From assembly GCA_030765405.1 (NCBI GenBank), contig JAVCCP010000018.1, positions 1-47,346 on the forward strand: a stretch of 47,346 bases of DNA, in the 5' to 3' direction. Shown piece by piece: positions 17,259-25,617 of this stretch. Both the position numbers and the translations under genes were made by a program. The DNA is from Candidatus Ancaeobacter aquaticus (GTDB lineage Bacteria > Auribacterota > Ancaeobacteria > Ancaeobacterales > Ancaeobacteraceae). The notes below the pieces were generated by a model. That model was not told where the DNA came from, ran no database searches, and saw only the letters and a list, made by a program, of their open reading frames with translations. Each line of letters starts with the position of its first letter. Within the stretch, counting starts at the first letter, position 1.

Positions 17259-18200
17259 ATGCCTGACTCAAAACTGAGCAATAATAAAATATATGATTAT
17301 ATAAAGCTCTGGCTAAAAGGGTGCTGTATCGGGATAGCGAACATTATTCCCGGTGTTTCCGGCGGTACCGTTGCTTTTGTATTTGGAATATATGAAGATT
17401 TAGTTAAAGCAATAAAATCGTTTGACATAACTTGTCTGAAACTTCTTTTTACATTCAAGATAAAGGCGTTATTTAACCATATTCCTTGGCGTTTTCTTGC
17501 TGTAGTGTTTTTTGGTGTATTTACAGCTATTCTCAGTGTGTCTCGGGGTTTGAGCTGGTTGTTGCAAAACAAGCCGGTGTTGGTGTATGCATTTTTTTTC
17601 GGTCTCATACTTGCGACGGGGCCAGTTATTGCTAAAAGAGTTAGGAAGTGGAATGTGCCGACAGGGATAGCATTGCTTCTAGCAACTGTTGGCACATTTT
17701 TCTTTGTTGGCCTTGTTCCGGTCACTACTCCTGATACTTTATGGTTTTTATTTTTAAGTGGTATGATAGCTGCAGTAAGTATGATTCTACCCGGTTTATC
17801 AGGGGCCTTCATGCTTGTTCTTATAGGTAAATATCAGTATATTCTCGATGCAATTAATGACGGTGATATTGTTAGTCTGGGAGTTGTTGCCTTTGGCTGT
17901 GCGGTTGGGGTATTGGTCTTTGTGCGGGGTATTCATTGGTTATTAACACATAAACACGATGTTACCGTAGCGTTTCTTACGGGACTCGTACTGGGTTCGT
18001 TAAGAAAAATATGGCCGTGGAAAGTTACCTTAGAGTCAATAACGAGCAGTAAGGGTAAAATTATACCTATCGAACAGGTTAATATTTTACCTCCCCAGAT
18101 TAATGCCGAAACTATTTATGCCGTTATCTTGTGTGCGATAGGTTTTTATGTAGCGATAAAGTTGAGTACGCCTACCCCAAAACAGATTACTGAAGAATAA
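17259..18200 (+). CDS. DUF368 membrane protein
   Basis: GIANIIPGVSGGTVA, MILPGLSGAFML, GSLRKIWPWK; multiple TM helices. Confidence 0.88.
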   Translation: MPDSKLSNNKIYDYIKLWLKGCCIGIANIIPGVSGGTVAFVFGIYEDLVKAIKSFDITCLKLLFTFKIKALFNHIPWRFLAVVFFGVFTAILSVSRGLSWLLQNKPVLVYAFFFGLILATGPVIAKRVRKWNVPTGIALLLATVGTFFFVGLVPVTTPDTLWFLFLSGMIAAVSMILPGLSGAFMLVLIGKYQYILDAINDGDIVSLGVVAFGCAVGVLVFVRGIHWLLTHKHDVTVAFLTGLVLGSLRKIWPWKVTLESITSSKGKIIPIEQVNILPPQINAETIYAVILCAIGFYVAIKLSTPTPKQITEE

Positions 18201-18201
18201 T

Positions 18202-19224
18202 TCATTTGTTAACGGTTTTTTTCTTTTTTGCAAGTCCATAATCGATGATTTTTAATATGAATGTGTCAAAATTCATACCAGCTTTTTCTGCTGCATTTGC
18301 GAGATCTTCCCCTTCTGCTATCCAAGGATTAGGATTTGCTTCCAAGACGTATATTTGTCCATCATGAGCCGACATGCGCACATCTATTCTACCGTAGTTT
18401 TGTATCCCGAGTACTTTATATGTTTTTATGCATGTATCGTGAATCTTTCGCGTTTCTTCAGGGGTAAGATTGTTCGGGAAGACTGACTGGATATTCATCT
18501 TTTCTCTATAGTCAACATTCCATTTTACACGAAAGCTCGCGATTTTGGGTTTTCCGTCAGGAATGCCTGAAAGATCGAGCTCAACAATAGGTAGCACCTG
18601 CACATTTTTATTTCCTAAGATGCCAACGTAAAATTCGCGGCCATCAATAAATGTTTCCACAACAGCACCTTGTTCGCGGTTGGTATAAAGAAATTTAACT
18701 CGTTCGGTAAGTGCATCCAAGTTTTTAACCACAGAACAATCATGGATACCAATAGAAGAATCTTCTTCGAGCGGTTTTACTATGAGTGGAAAAGCGAGTG
18801 ATTCGGGTATAGAGATCCGTGATCCGAGAGGGAACGTTACAAAATCAGGAGTTTTAATACCGTGGTAAGAAAGGATCTTTTTTTGAATACCCTTATTACA
18901 GTTAATGGAAATAGCAAACATATTAGAGCCCGTATACGGGACGCGTAGCATTTCAAGTATAGCGATAATATGTGGTTCCATAGCGTTGTTTCCGCCAAAG
19001 CATTCGGCAAGCATCATAACGAGGTCTGGTTTGGTAGACTCAATCTTATCAATAAGGTTTTTTATAGAATGATCAATAGCGAATGTTTCGAATGGGTATC
19101 CAAGGCGAGTGAGAGCGTCACGGACATCCTCTTCAACGTGAAGATTGTAGATTTCCTGATTTTCTTCAGGTGGTTTCTGTTTTGGTCTTTCATCATGAAG
19201 TATTAGTATGCGATTTTTACTCAT
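18202..19224 (-). CDS. D-Ala-D-Ala-ligase-like ATP-grasp amide ligase, non-canonical
   Basis: PYTGS, FPLIVKP, DSSIG, ETFIDGRE, YGRIDVR and EANPNP are present. The Ddl-specific GGxSxE, HGxxGED and YDYxAKY motifs are absent. Confidence 0.8.
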   Translation of the reverse strand: MSKNRILILHDERPKQKPPEENQEIYNLHVEEDVRDALTRLGYPFETFAIDHSIKNLIDKIESTKPDLVMMLAECFGGNNAMEPHIIAILEMLRVPYTGSNMFAISINCNKGIQKKILSYHGIKTPDFVTFPLGSRISIPESLAFPLIVKPLEEDSSIGIHDCSVVKNLDALTERVKFLYTNREQGAVVETFIDGREFYVGILGNKNVQVLPIVELDLSGIPDGKPKIASFRVKWNVDYREKMNIQSVFPNNLTPEETRKIHDTCIKTYKVLGIQNYGRIDVRMSAHDGQIYVLEANPNPWIAEGEDLANAAEKAGMNFDTFILKIIDYGLAKKKKTVNK

Positions 19225-19230
19225 AACACC

Positions 19231-20331
19231 CTAAAATTTATGTGTGTGATAATAGTTCATAACGAGTGCAGTCGCAAAAACAGCGATCTCGTTTCGTATG
19301 GTATTTTCCGATTGCAATGGATATGTCAGTTTTAGTTTACGCGTACGCACAATGAAATGTTTAAATAACGGTTTAATGACATATTTGTTTTCACCTGTCC
19401 AGTGTGAGATAATATCTGTGAGTTGTTTTTGGTTGTTTCTCAAAAAATGAACAGCCGATCCCGTATGTTTTTTTGTTTCTGATCCTGAAAATATTTCTTT
19501 TAAATCGATGTCAAATCTATCAGGGAATTCATCTTCATATTCTTTGATCTTCTTTTTGAAAAAATCGCGCAGTGTGATGTGGAGGTCGTGCACCATGATT
19601 TCTTTACTGAGATCCGGGTATACTAAAGGTGGAAGATCTTTAATTGTCGGAATTACGCGGTCAACATACTCAAGTTTTTTCAATGCGCCCCAACCTTTAT
19701 ATTCTTCTTGCCAGTTAACTTTTGGGGTTAACCATACCGCAAAAGTTTCAGCAAAATCATCATCCGGGTGTTTTTGTGCGTACCAGTTGGTGAGATGTTT
19801 TACAAATTTCTTGCTGAACGGGTTTGGTCTATATTCTTCTTTATACGGCAGGTAGAAGTTACCAAATGTCTTTTTCCATTCGGGTGTATTGTAAAGTTTG
19901 TATGCATAATTGAGCGCGTGACCCATTTCATGGCGAAGTATTTGTGATATCTCCTCGTCATCGTTATTTTCTATTTCCTTCAAGGCTTTAACCTCTAAGC
20001 GAGATAGTTTCTTGTCAACAAGGTAAAACGGGATTGCGATAGCGGGTATTTCATTTGGACAACCCCATTCATCAGCAAGATAAAATGGGGGGATAAACTT
20101 GATCCCTTTTGAAGCGGTTTCATTAAGTAACTTCTTTATAAAGGGTTCAATTGTTGATCCTTCGATTTTCAGTTGTAAGTCAGATATGCGCAGCGCTAAT
20201 AGTGATTGTTCCTCTTCTTTTGAAAGAAACTCAGAAAGTGGATCAACTTCCTGTAGTGGTGTAAAATGTTCATGTGTGGCTTGTGTATTCATATCATCTG
20301 TATAATACCACGGACAGTGAGTAAATGTCAT
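19231..20331 (-). CDS. Putative zinc-binding metallopeptidase (zincin, Peptidase_Mx-like)
   Basis: DEWG...IAIPFYL, RHEMGHA (HExxH), YAQKHPDDDFAETFAVW. The true start may be ATG 20292. Confidence 0.75.
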   Translation of the reverse strand: MTFTHCPWYYTDDMNTQATHEHFTPLQEVDPLSEFLSKEEEQSLLALRISDLQLKIEGSTIEPFIKKLLNETASKGIKFIPPFYLADEWGCPNEIPAIAIPFYLVDKKLSRLEVKALKEIENNDDEEISQILRHEMGHALNYAYKLYNTPEWKKTFGNFYLPYKEEYRPNPFSKKFVKHLTNWYAQKHPDDDFAETFAVWLTPKVNWQEEYKGWGALKKLEYVDRVIPTIKDLPPLVYPDLSKEIMVHDLHITLRDFFKKKIKEYEDEFPDRFDIDLKEIFSGSETKKHTGSAVHFLRNNQKQLTDIISHWTGENKYVIKPLFKHFIVRTRKLKLTYPLQSENTIRNEIAVFATALVMNYYHTHKF

Positions 20332-20479
20332 ATTTATTGCGTTTTAATCATAGGGTAAAAAAGAATAAAAAGGTTTTGCAAAATCAATGCTTTCTGCTAC
20401 TATATAGATTGAAAGTACGTATGTATGCCGCGAGAGGCATAGCAAACATTTACCATATAACTAAAGAAAGGGGGATTTC

Positions 20480-20740
20480 ATGGCAAAAAAACCTAATGCC
20501 GCTTTTATGAAACCGCTACAACCTGATGATGCATTAGCAGAGATTGTTGGTTCAAAGCCTCTTCCAAGAACAGAGGTAACAAAAGCTTTGTGGGTTTATA
20601 TTAAGGAAAATAAACTTCAGGATGACAAGAATAGAAGAAACATCAATGCAGACGATAAGCTTTTAAAAGTTTTTGATGGCAAGAAGCAAGTAAATATGTT
20701 TGAAATGACAAAATTGGTTGCAGGACACCTAAAAAAGTAA
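20480..20740 (+). CDS. Stand-alone SWIB/MDM2 domain protein
   Basis: AFMKPL...LAEIVG...RTEVTKALWVYIKENKLQD..NRRNINADDKL..VF...VNMFEM. Confidence 0.92.
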   Translation: MAKKPNAAFMKPLQPDDALAEIVGSKPLPRTEVTKALWVYIKENKLQDDKNRRNINADDKLLKVFDGKKQVNMFEMTKLVAGHLKK

Positions 20741-20759
20741 GACATCTCTTGAGTTGTAA

Positions 20760-20800
20760 GAAAAAAGGGGAAGCATTTTTAATATGCTTCCCCTTTTTTT
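20760..20800. terminator. Bidirectional intrinsic terminator
   Basis: A-run GGGGAAGCAT, loop, ATGCTTCCCC T-run, between convergent genes. Confidence 0.85.
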
Positions 20801-21503
20801 ATCTGTTGAGGTTTGTGCTGTCGCTAATACCTTTTACACCAGGAACGCTTGCTGCTGCATCTCGTATTGTCTGTTGATCCATGACATTGCCAACCGTCCC
20901 ATAGAGCGATACATATCCATTTTGTACCAGGACCGTGATGTTGTCAGCACGTCCGCGTAAAGGTGCTCGCCGTATGGCGTCTTCGACGTGCATTTTTATT
21001 TCTCTATCCGAGTAACCAGCGCGTATATTTTTATTAAGCGAATGCTCCATGTTCATTAAGTCACGATTATAGTTTTTTTCCGATTCCAATTCAATTTTTT
21101 CTAAATACGTCGGAAAATCTTTATCACCGATAGATTCATCAGGATATACCGTGTTTGATAGACCTGCTTGTGTCCTTTCTTTCATAGTGCCTAAGGTACT
21201 AATGTCATCTTTTGTCAGGGGTTTCACTTCCAAGTTGTTTTGAACATCTTTAATTCCTTTTATTTCGAGTGCAATTTTTTCCGCACGTTCTTTATCTTCT
21301 TCAGAAAGAGCTCGACCACTCAGGATGGCTTTTCCATCAATTACTTTAATTTTAAAGAAAAGGTCGTTTACATCGTAGTCGCCGGAAATAGTGTTTACGA
21401 GCCGTTGTGTAAGCTTTTTATCTTGTAGCTCGTCAGCGTGTAAAGATTGTCCACACACAAACAATACAGCAAGAACAGAAACGATCCTAAGTATATAAGT
21501 CAT
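20799..21503 (-). CDS. Secreted protein with two BON domains (OsmY-like)
   Basis: Signal peptide; KVIDGKAILSG...GIKDVQNNLEV and VLVQNGYVSLYGTV...VPGVKGISD. Confidence 0.82.
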   Translation of the reverse strand: MTYILRIVSVLAVLFVCGQSLHADELQDKKLTQRLVNTISGDYDVNDLFFKIKVIDGKAILSGRALSEEDKERAEKIALEIKGIKDVQNNLEVKPLTKDDISTLGTMKERTQAGLSNTVYPDESIGDKDFPTYLEKIELESEKNYNRDLMNMEHSLNKNIRAGYSDREIKMHVEDAIRRAPLRGRADNITVLVQNGYVSLYGTVGNVMDQQTIRDAAASVPGVKGISDSTNLNR

Positions 21504-21556
21504 AAAAAACTCCTCATTTTTAAGCTATAAGCTGTAAGCTTTAAGTAATAAGACAA
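21501..21556 (-). repeat. CTTANAG heptamer leader repeat (copy B)
   Basis: Minus strand TTGTCTTATTA-CTTAAAGCTTACAGCTTATAGCTTAAAA-ATGAGGAGTTTTTT-ATG. The core at 21518-21545 is identical to 14694-14721. Confidence 0.85.
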
Positions 21557-21648
21557 CATCAAGGATATTATTGCCTTTTTTCGAACATTCTTCAATTATT
21601 TAATAAAATTATGTTGGCAGAGCAGGTGGGGAGCTTTATAATGAAGCT

Positions 21649-22521
21649 ATGTATCTTTCATTTTACAATTTTAAGGAAAATCCTTTCAATTTAACACCTG
21701 ATACGCATTTTTTGTATCTTTCCAAACATCACCAGATGGCAATGCGCAGTCTTCTCTACGGCATTAATGAGCGAAAAGGCTTTATATTGCTTACCGGTGA
21801 GGTCGGTGCCGGAAAGACGACCTTGTGTCGAGCGCTTCTCAAGGAACTGAACGAGAAAATAAATGTTGCTGTTGTCTTTAATCCCTATTTATCAGAAACG
21901 GGACTATTGAAGACAATAATAGACGATTTTTCTATTGAAACAAATGCAAAAACAAGAGCAGATCTCTTAAATGTTTTGGGTGATTTTCTTATTTCTCAGA
22001 GAAAACAGAATAAAAATGTTGTCTTGATGATCGATGAGTGCCAGAACTTGCGGTTACCCGTTATTGAGCAAATCAGAATGATCTCGAATCTTGAGACGGA
22101 AAAAGATAAACTGATCCAGATTATCTTGGTTGGCCAGCCGGAATTTAGACAAAAAATCACATCTCCTAAATTGCTACAGTTAAATCAGCGAATAAGTGTG
22201 CGCTATCATATACCTCCACTGAATGTAGAAGAAACAAAATTATATATTACCCACAGAATACGAGTTGCCGGAGGGCATGAAGTTGTGTTTACCGATAGAG
22301 CACTTTCGGTTATTTATGAATATTCTAAAGGTGTTCCACGCATGATAAATGTTTTAAGCGATTATGCACTTATGGCCGGATTTTTAGAAGAGACGAAAGA
22401 AATATCCGAGAAAATTGTTTTAAGGGCTATTCATGAAATGAGTGGAGCTGAAAATGAACAGAGCACGGATTCTTCCGTGGAGAATGATCGAATCGAAGAA
22501 CCAACCGCTATGACTGTTTAA
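21649..22521 (+). CDS. ExeA/GspA-like AAA ATPase
   Basis: MYLSFYNFKENPFNLTPD, LTGEVGAGKTT, MIDECQNL, LVGQPE, SKGVPRMIN. No C-terminal peptidoglycan-binding domain. Confidence 0.88.
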   Translation: MYLSFYNFKENPFNLTPDTHFLYLSKHHQMAMRSLLYGINERKGFILLTGEVGAGKTTLCRALLKELNEKINVAVVFNPYLSETGLLKTIIDDFSIETNAKTRADLLNVLGDFLISQRKQNKNVVLMIDECQNLRLPVIEQIRMISNLETEKDKLIQIILVGQPEFRQKITSPKLLQLNQRISVRYHIPPLNVEETKLYITHRIRVAGGHEVVFTDRALSVIYEYSKGVPRMINVLSDYALMAGFLEETKEISEKIVLRAIHEMSGAENEQSTDSSVENDRIEEPTAMTV

Positions 22522-22553
22522 GTGTCTGTGAAGAATGCCGGGAGAAGTAGTGA

Positions 22554-23141
22554 ATGAGTCTTATCTATGAAGCATTGACGAAAGCAGAAAAAGACGTACG
22601 CGAAACTCAAAACAAGGAACCCTCAGTAGATAAGCCCATTGTGCTGCCTGTACAGAAAAAGAAACCGAGAATATTTCTTTTTGTGATTGTTTTCGTTGTA
22701 GCAGGGTGCGTTGCAGGCGCATATTATTTCCATGATAATACCCGTTCAGTTGATGTCTTAACAAGTCTTGCCCGAAAAGTCAAACCGATCATTGCAGATG
22801 TGCAGCAAACTATACCATTACCTACACAAAATGACAAAAACCCCCAGTCTTTAGATATACAAGTTGAAGAAATTGGCATCACCAAAAAGCAGATTCCCGT
22901 TGAAGCACCCGCAGATGAGATGGCCATTCACGTTGAGGTGCTTGCTCAGGAAGATAATGCTCTTCCAGCGCTAGAACTTTCAGGTATTATATGGGATGAA
23001 AGTTCATCTCTTGCCATTATAAACGGCAAAATATTATCCGTAGGTGATACAGTCAGTGAAGACGTTACCATTAAGGAAATTAACAAATCTTCAGTAACAA
23101 TACTTTTTCAAGATCAAGAATATGTTTTGGTGAGGGAGTAA
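22554..23141 (+). CDS. ExeB/GspB-like membrane-anchored protein
   Basis: MSLIYEALTKAE start, one TM helix, C-terminal LELSGIIW...AIING..LSVGD; follows the ExeA-like gene. Confidence 0.72.
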   Translation: MSLIYEALTKAEKDVRETQNKEPSVDKPIVLPVQKKKPRIFLFVIVFVVAGCVAGAYYFHDNTRSVDVLTSLARKVKPIIADVQQTIPLPTQNDKNPQSLDIQVEEIGITKKQIPVEAPADEMAIHVEVLAQEDNALPALELSGIIWDESSSLAIINGKILSVGDTVSEDVTIKEINKSSVTILFQDQEYVLVRE

Positions 23142-23144
23142 AGT

Positions 23145-24410
23145 TTATTGTTCCATGCCTATTGCTTCTTCGTATTCTTCGAGTGTTATCGGGATATCTT
23201 GAGCGCCTTTAGGTGCCTTTAGCAGAAAACATATACCGGCGATGGCTGCAAACAGCCCACCAATAAAGGTAACTATTTCTACTCCTACATACCGTGCGAC
23301 AATACCTGAAAGAAGGCTGCCGATTGGCATTATGCCCACTATGGTTGTTGCGTAAATCGACATTAATCTTCCGCGGAGTTTGTCGGGTACATGAAGCTGT
23401 AAAAGTAGATTGCTCGAGACAAGACCTGCAAGCATACAAAAACCAATTGAGAAGATAAAAATGCACGACACAATAAAGTGTGTTGCATACGCAAAAAGCA
23501 TCATGCTTACACCGAAACCGGAGATAGAAATCCCTATCAATGTTGCCAACCCTCGAACACCTTTTTTACCGCCAAGAAAAATTCCACCTAAAAAGGCGCC
23601 TATACCCGATACGCCCATCAGTATTCCTAATCCTTCTGCTCCACGGTGTAAAATGTCATTGGCGTAAATAGGCATAAATGTCAGATACGGTGTGCCGCAA
23701 AAAACCGAGACGGAAAGAAGTATAAGTACCCACCGCGTGTGTGGTGTGCCAAAGGCATAACGTAATCCTTCAAGAAGTGACTCAAAGTGTGTTGTTGCGT
23801 GTTTTACGGTTTTTTTCTTTTTCGTACGTATTTTTATAAGGGCAATTACGACAAAAAGATATGTTATGCCGTTTATTAAAAAACAATAACCTTCGCTTGA
23901 AAAGGCGATCAATATTCCCGCTAAAGATGGACCAATAATACGCCCGGCATTAAAGAGAGATGAATTAAGGGCAATTGCGCTTGGGAGAGACGATTGAGGG
24001 ACAATTTCAACAATAAATGACTGTCGAGCAGGCATATCAAAGGCGTGGATCGCGCCGAGGAGGCCGGCAAATAAGAATATGTATGGAAGGGTAATATGGC
24101 CAGACAGTATAAAATACGCAAATATGAATGCTTGTACCATTTCCAACACTTGTGTTATGAGAACAAGCTTGTGTCGGTTATGCCTGTCAGCAATGACGCC
24201 GCCCAATGTGCCGAGAATAAATGAGGGAATAAGGGTGATAAAGGTAGTAAAACCCATAAGAAAAGGTGAATGTGTCATGCGATACACAAGCCAAGACAAC
24301 GCAGTTGTCTGCATCCATGTTCCAATAAGAGACACTGCTTGGCCGCCAAAATACAGCTGAAAGTTTTTATATTGAAGCGCTCTAAACGCTGATGCCCATT
24401 TTAAGTTCAT
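23145..24410 (-). CDS. MFS transporter (MFS_3/DUF894-like)
   Basis: FRALQYKNFQLYFGGQAVSLIGTWMQ, GGVIADRHNR, FDMPARQSF, VPDKLRGR. Confidence 0.9.
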   Translation of the reverse strand: MNLKWASAFRALQYKNFQLYFGGQAVSLIGTWMQTTALSWLVYRMTHSPFLMGFTTFITLIPSFILGTLGGVIADRHNRHKLVLITQVLEMVQAFIFAYFILSGHITLPYIFLFAGLLGAIHAFDMPARQSFIVEIVPQSSLPSAIALNSSLFNAGRIIGPSLAGILIAFSSEGYCFLINGITYLFVVIALIKIRTKKKKTVKHATTHFESLLEGLRYAFGTPHTRWVLILLSVSVFCGTPYLTFMPIYANDILHRGAEGLGILMGVSGIGAFLGGIFLGGKKGVRGLATLIGISISGFGVSMMLFAYATHFIVSCIFIFSIGFCMLAGLVSSNLLLQLHVPDKLRGRLMSIYATTIVGIMPIGSLLSGIVARYVGVEIVTFIGGLFAAIAGICFLLKAPKGAQDIPITLEEYEEAIGMEQ

Positions 24411-24958
24411 TATCGTTCTATACGTTCTGAGATATATGTGAGTGCTTCTTGAGAGTTATTTGCGACATAATACAACTGGCGGTCTCCTTCATGCATAAAA
24501 TTTTCTTTATAACAGCGGTTGAGGTGTTTGAGAAGATCATGATAAAAATTATTTGTGTTAATAATAGCAATAGGTTTTGAGTGACAGTGCAACTGTCTTA
24601 AAGTAATGATCTCGGCTATTTCTTCAAGAGTGCCGATGCCGCCTGGAAGCGCAATAAAAGCATGTGCTTTTTGTTCCATGAGTTCTTTTCTGTCACGCAG
24701 ATTATGTGTTTCGATCATTTCTTCAGCATGTTCGTACATGATCCCTTTTTTTGCAAGATGCTTGGGGATGATACCGGTAATTTTGCCGTTATGTTTTTGT
24801 GTTGTCTGGCCAAGAACACCCATAAGCCCGATACTTCCACCCCCATATATTAATCGATACCCTGCCCCTGCAAGGAGTTTTCCTAAACGGGCGGCTTCGG
24901 TATAATAAATGTCGGGCAAAGCATCACTTGATGAACAGTAAACACAAATTGATTTCAT
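24410..24958 (-). CDS. LOG family (TIGR00730) nucleotide phosphoribohydrolase
   Basis: CVYCSSS, YGGGSIGLMG, RKELM, ALPGGIGTLEE. Confidence 0.92.
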   Translation of the reverse strand: MKSICVYCSSSDALPDIYYTEAARLGKLLAGAGYRLIYGGGSIGLMGVLGQTTQKHNGKITGIIPKHLAKKGIMYEHAEEMIETHNLRDRKELMEQKAHAFIALPGGIGTLEEIAEIITLRQLHCHSKPIAIINTNNFYHDLLKHLNRCYKENFMHEGDRQLYYVANNSQEALTYISERIER

Positions 24959-25092
24959 AATAGTTGGAGTATATCACAACCCCAAAATGTTTATGTAATA
25001 AAATAATGGAGAGAACATTATGGGTTAATAAAGAGTCTTTATATTAGAAAAGTGTTTATGGTATACTATCGCAATAATAATATGGAGTGTGC

Positions 25093-25617
25093 ATGAATAT
25101 TAAAAGGTCATTACAGTACTTTTATTTAAAAATATTGCGAATACACGATACGCCGCATCGAATAGCACTCGGCATATTTAGCGGCATATTTAGCGGTGTA
25201 TTACCTGGTGCGGGCCCTATCTTCTCGCTCATACTTGCGTTTATACTCAGAGCTAATAAAGCAGCAGCACTTTTAGGGTGTATCGTAGTTAATACATGGA
25301 TTAGTTTGGTTGTGTTGATTCCTGCTATGAAAATAGGCTCAGCGATTTGCGGTATTGGTTTTCAAGAGCTTAAAAAGAATGTAAATGGTCTTAGGGAAAA
25401 TTTTAGTTTTTCTGATCTTATGCAAGAAAGTTTTTTTAATGTACTGCTTCCCTTGATGCTCGGGTTATGTATAGTGTCTGCAATTATTGGCATTGGCGCA
25501 TATATTGTAAGTTATGGCGCAATAACTAACTTTAGAAAAATGAAAGAGAAAAGAAAGCGGAAGAAAATGCAAAAGAACAATGCGCAGCATGTTCCGCTCG
25601 AGGATAAATTGGTATGA
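25093..25617 (+). CDS. DUF2062 membrane protein
   Basis: DTPHRIALG, RANKAAALLG, NTW motifs; GGAG RBS before ATG 25093. Confidence 0.8.
   Translation: MNIKRSLQYFYLKILRIHDTPHRIALGIFSGIFSGVLPGAGPIFSLILAFILRANKAAALLGCIVVNTWISLVVLIPAMKIGSAICGIGFQELKKNVNGLRENFSFSDLMQESFFNVLLPLMLGLCIVSAIIGIGAYIVSYGAITNFRKMKEKRKRKKMQKNNAQHVPLEDKLV

Noticed and set aside
17297..17812. 171-aa antisense ORF and the many other 60-125 aa ORFs nested opposite or inside assigned genes
   Set aside because: They overlap well-supported genes, show no recognisable motifs or RBS, and are typical shadow ORFs.
18202..19224. Canonical ddl cell-wall gene
   Set aside because: D-Ala-binding signature motifs are missing and the gene is not in a mur/dcw context.
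20400..20470. Possible riboswitch upstream of the SWIB gene (TATGCC-GCGAGA-GGCATA hairpin)
   Set aside because: A single short hairpin; I could not match conserved elements of any riboswitch class.
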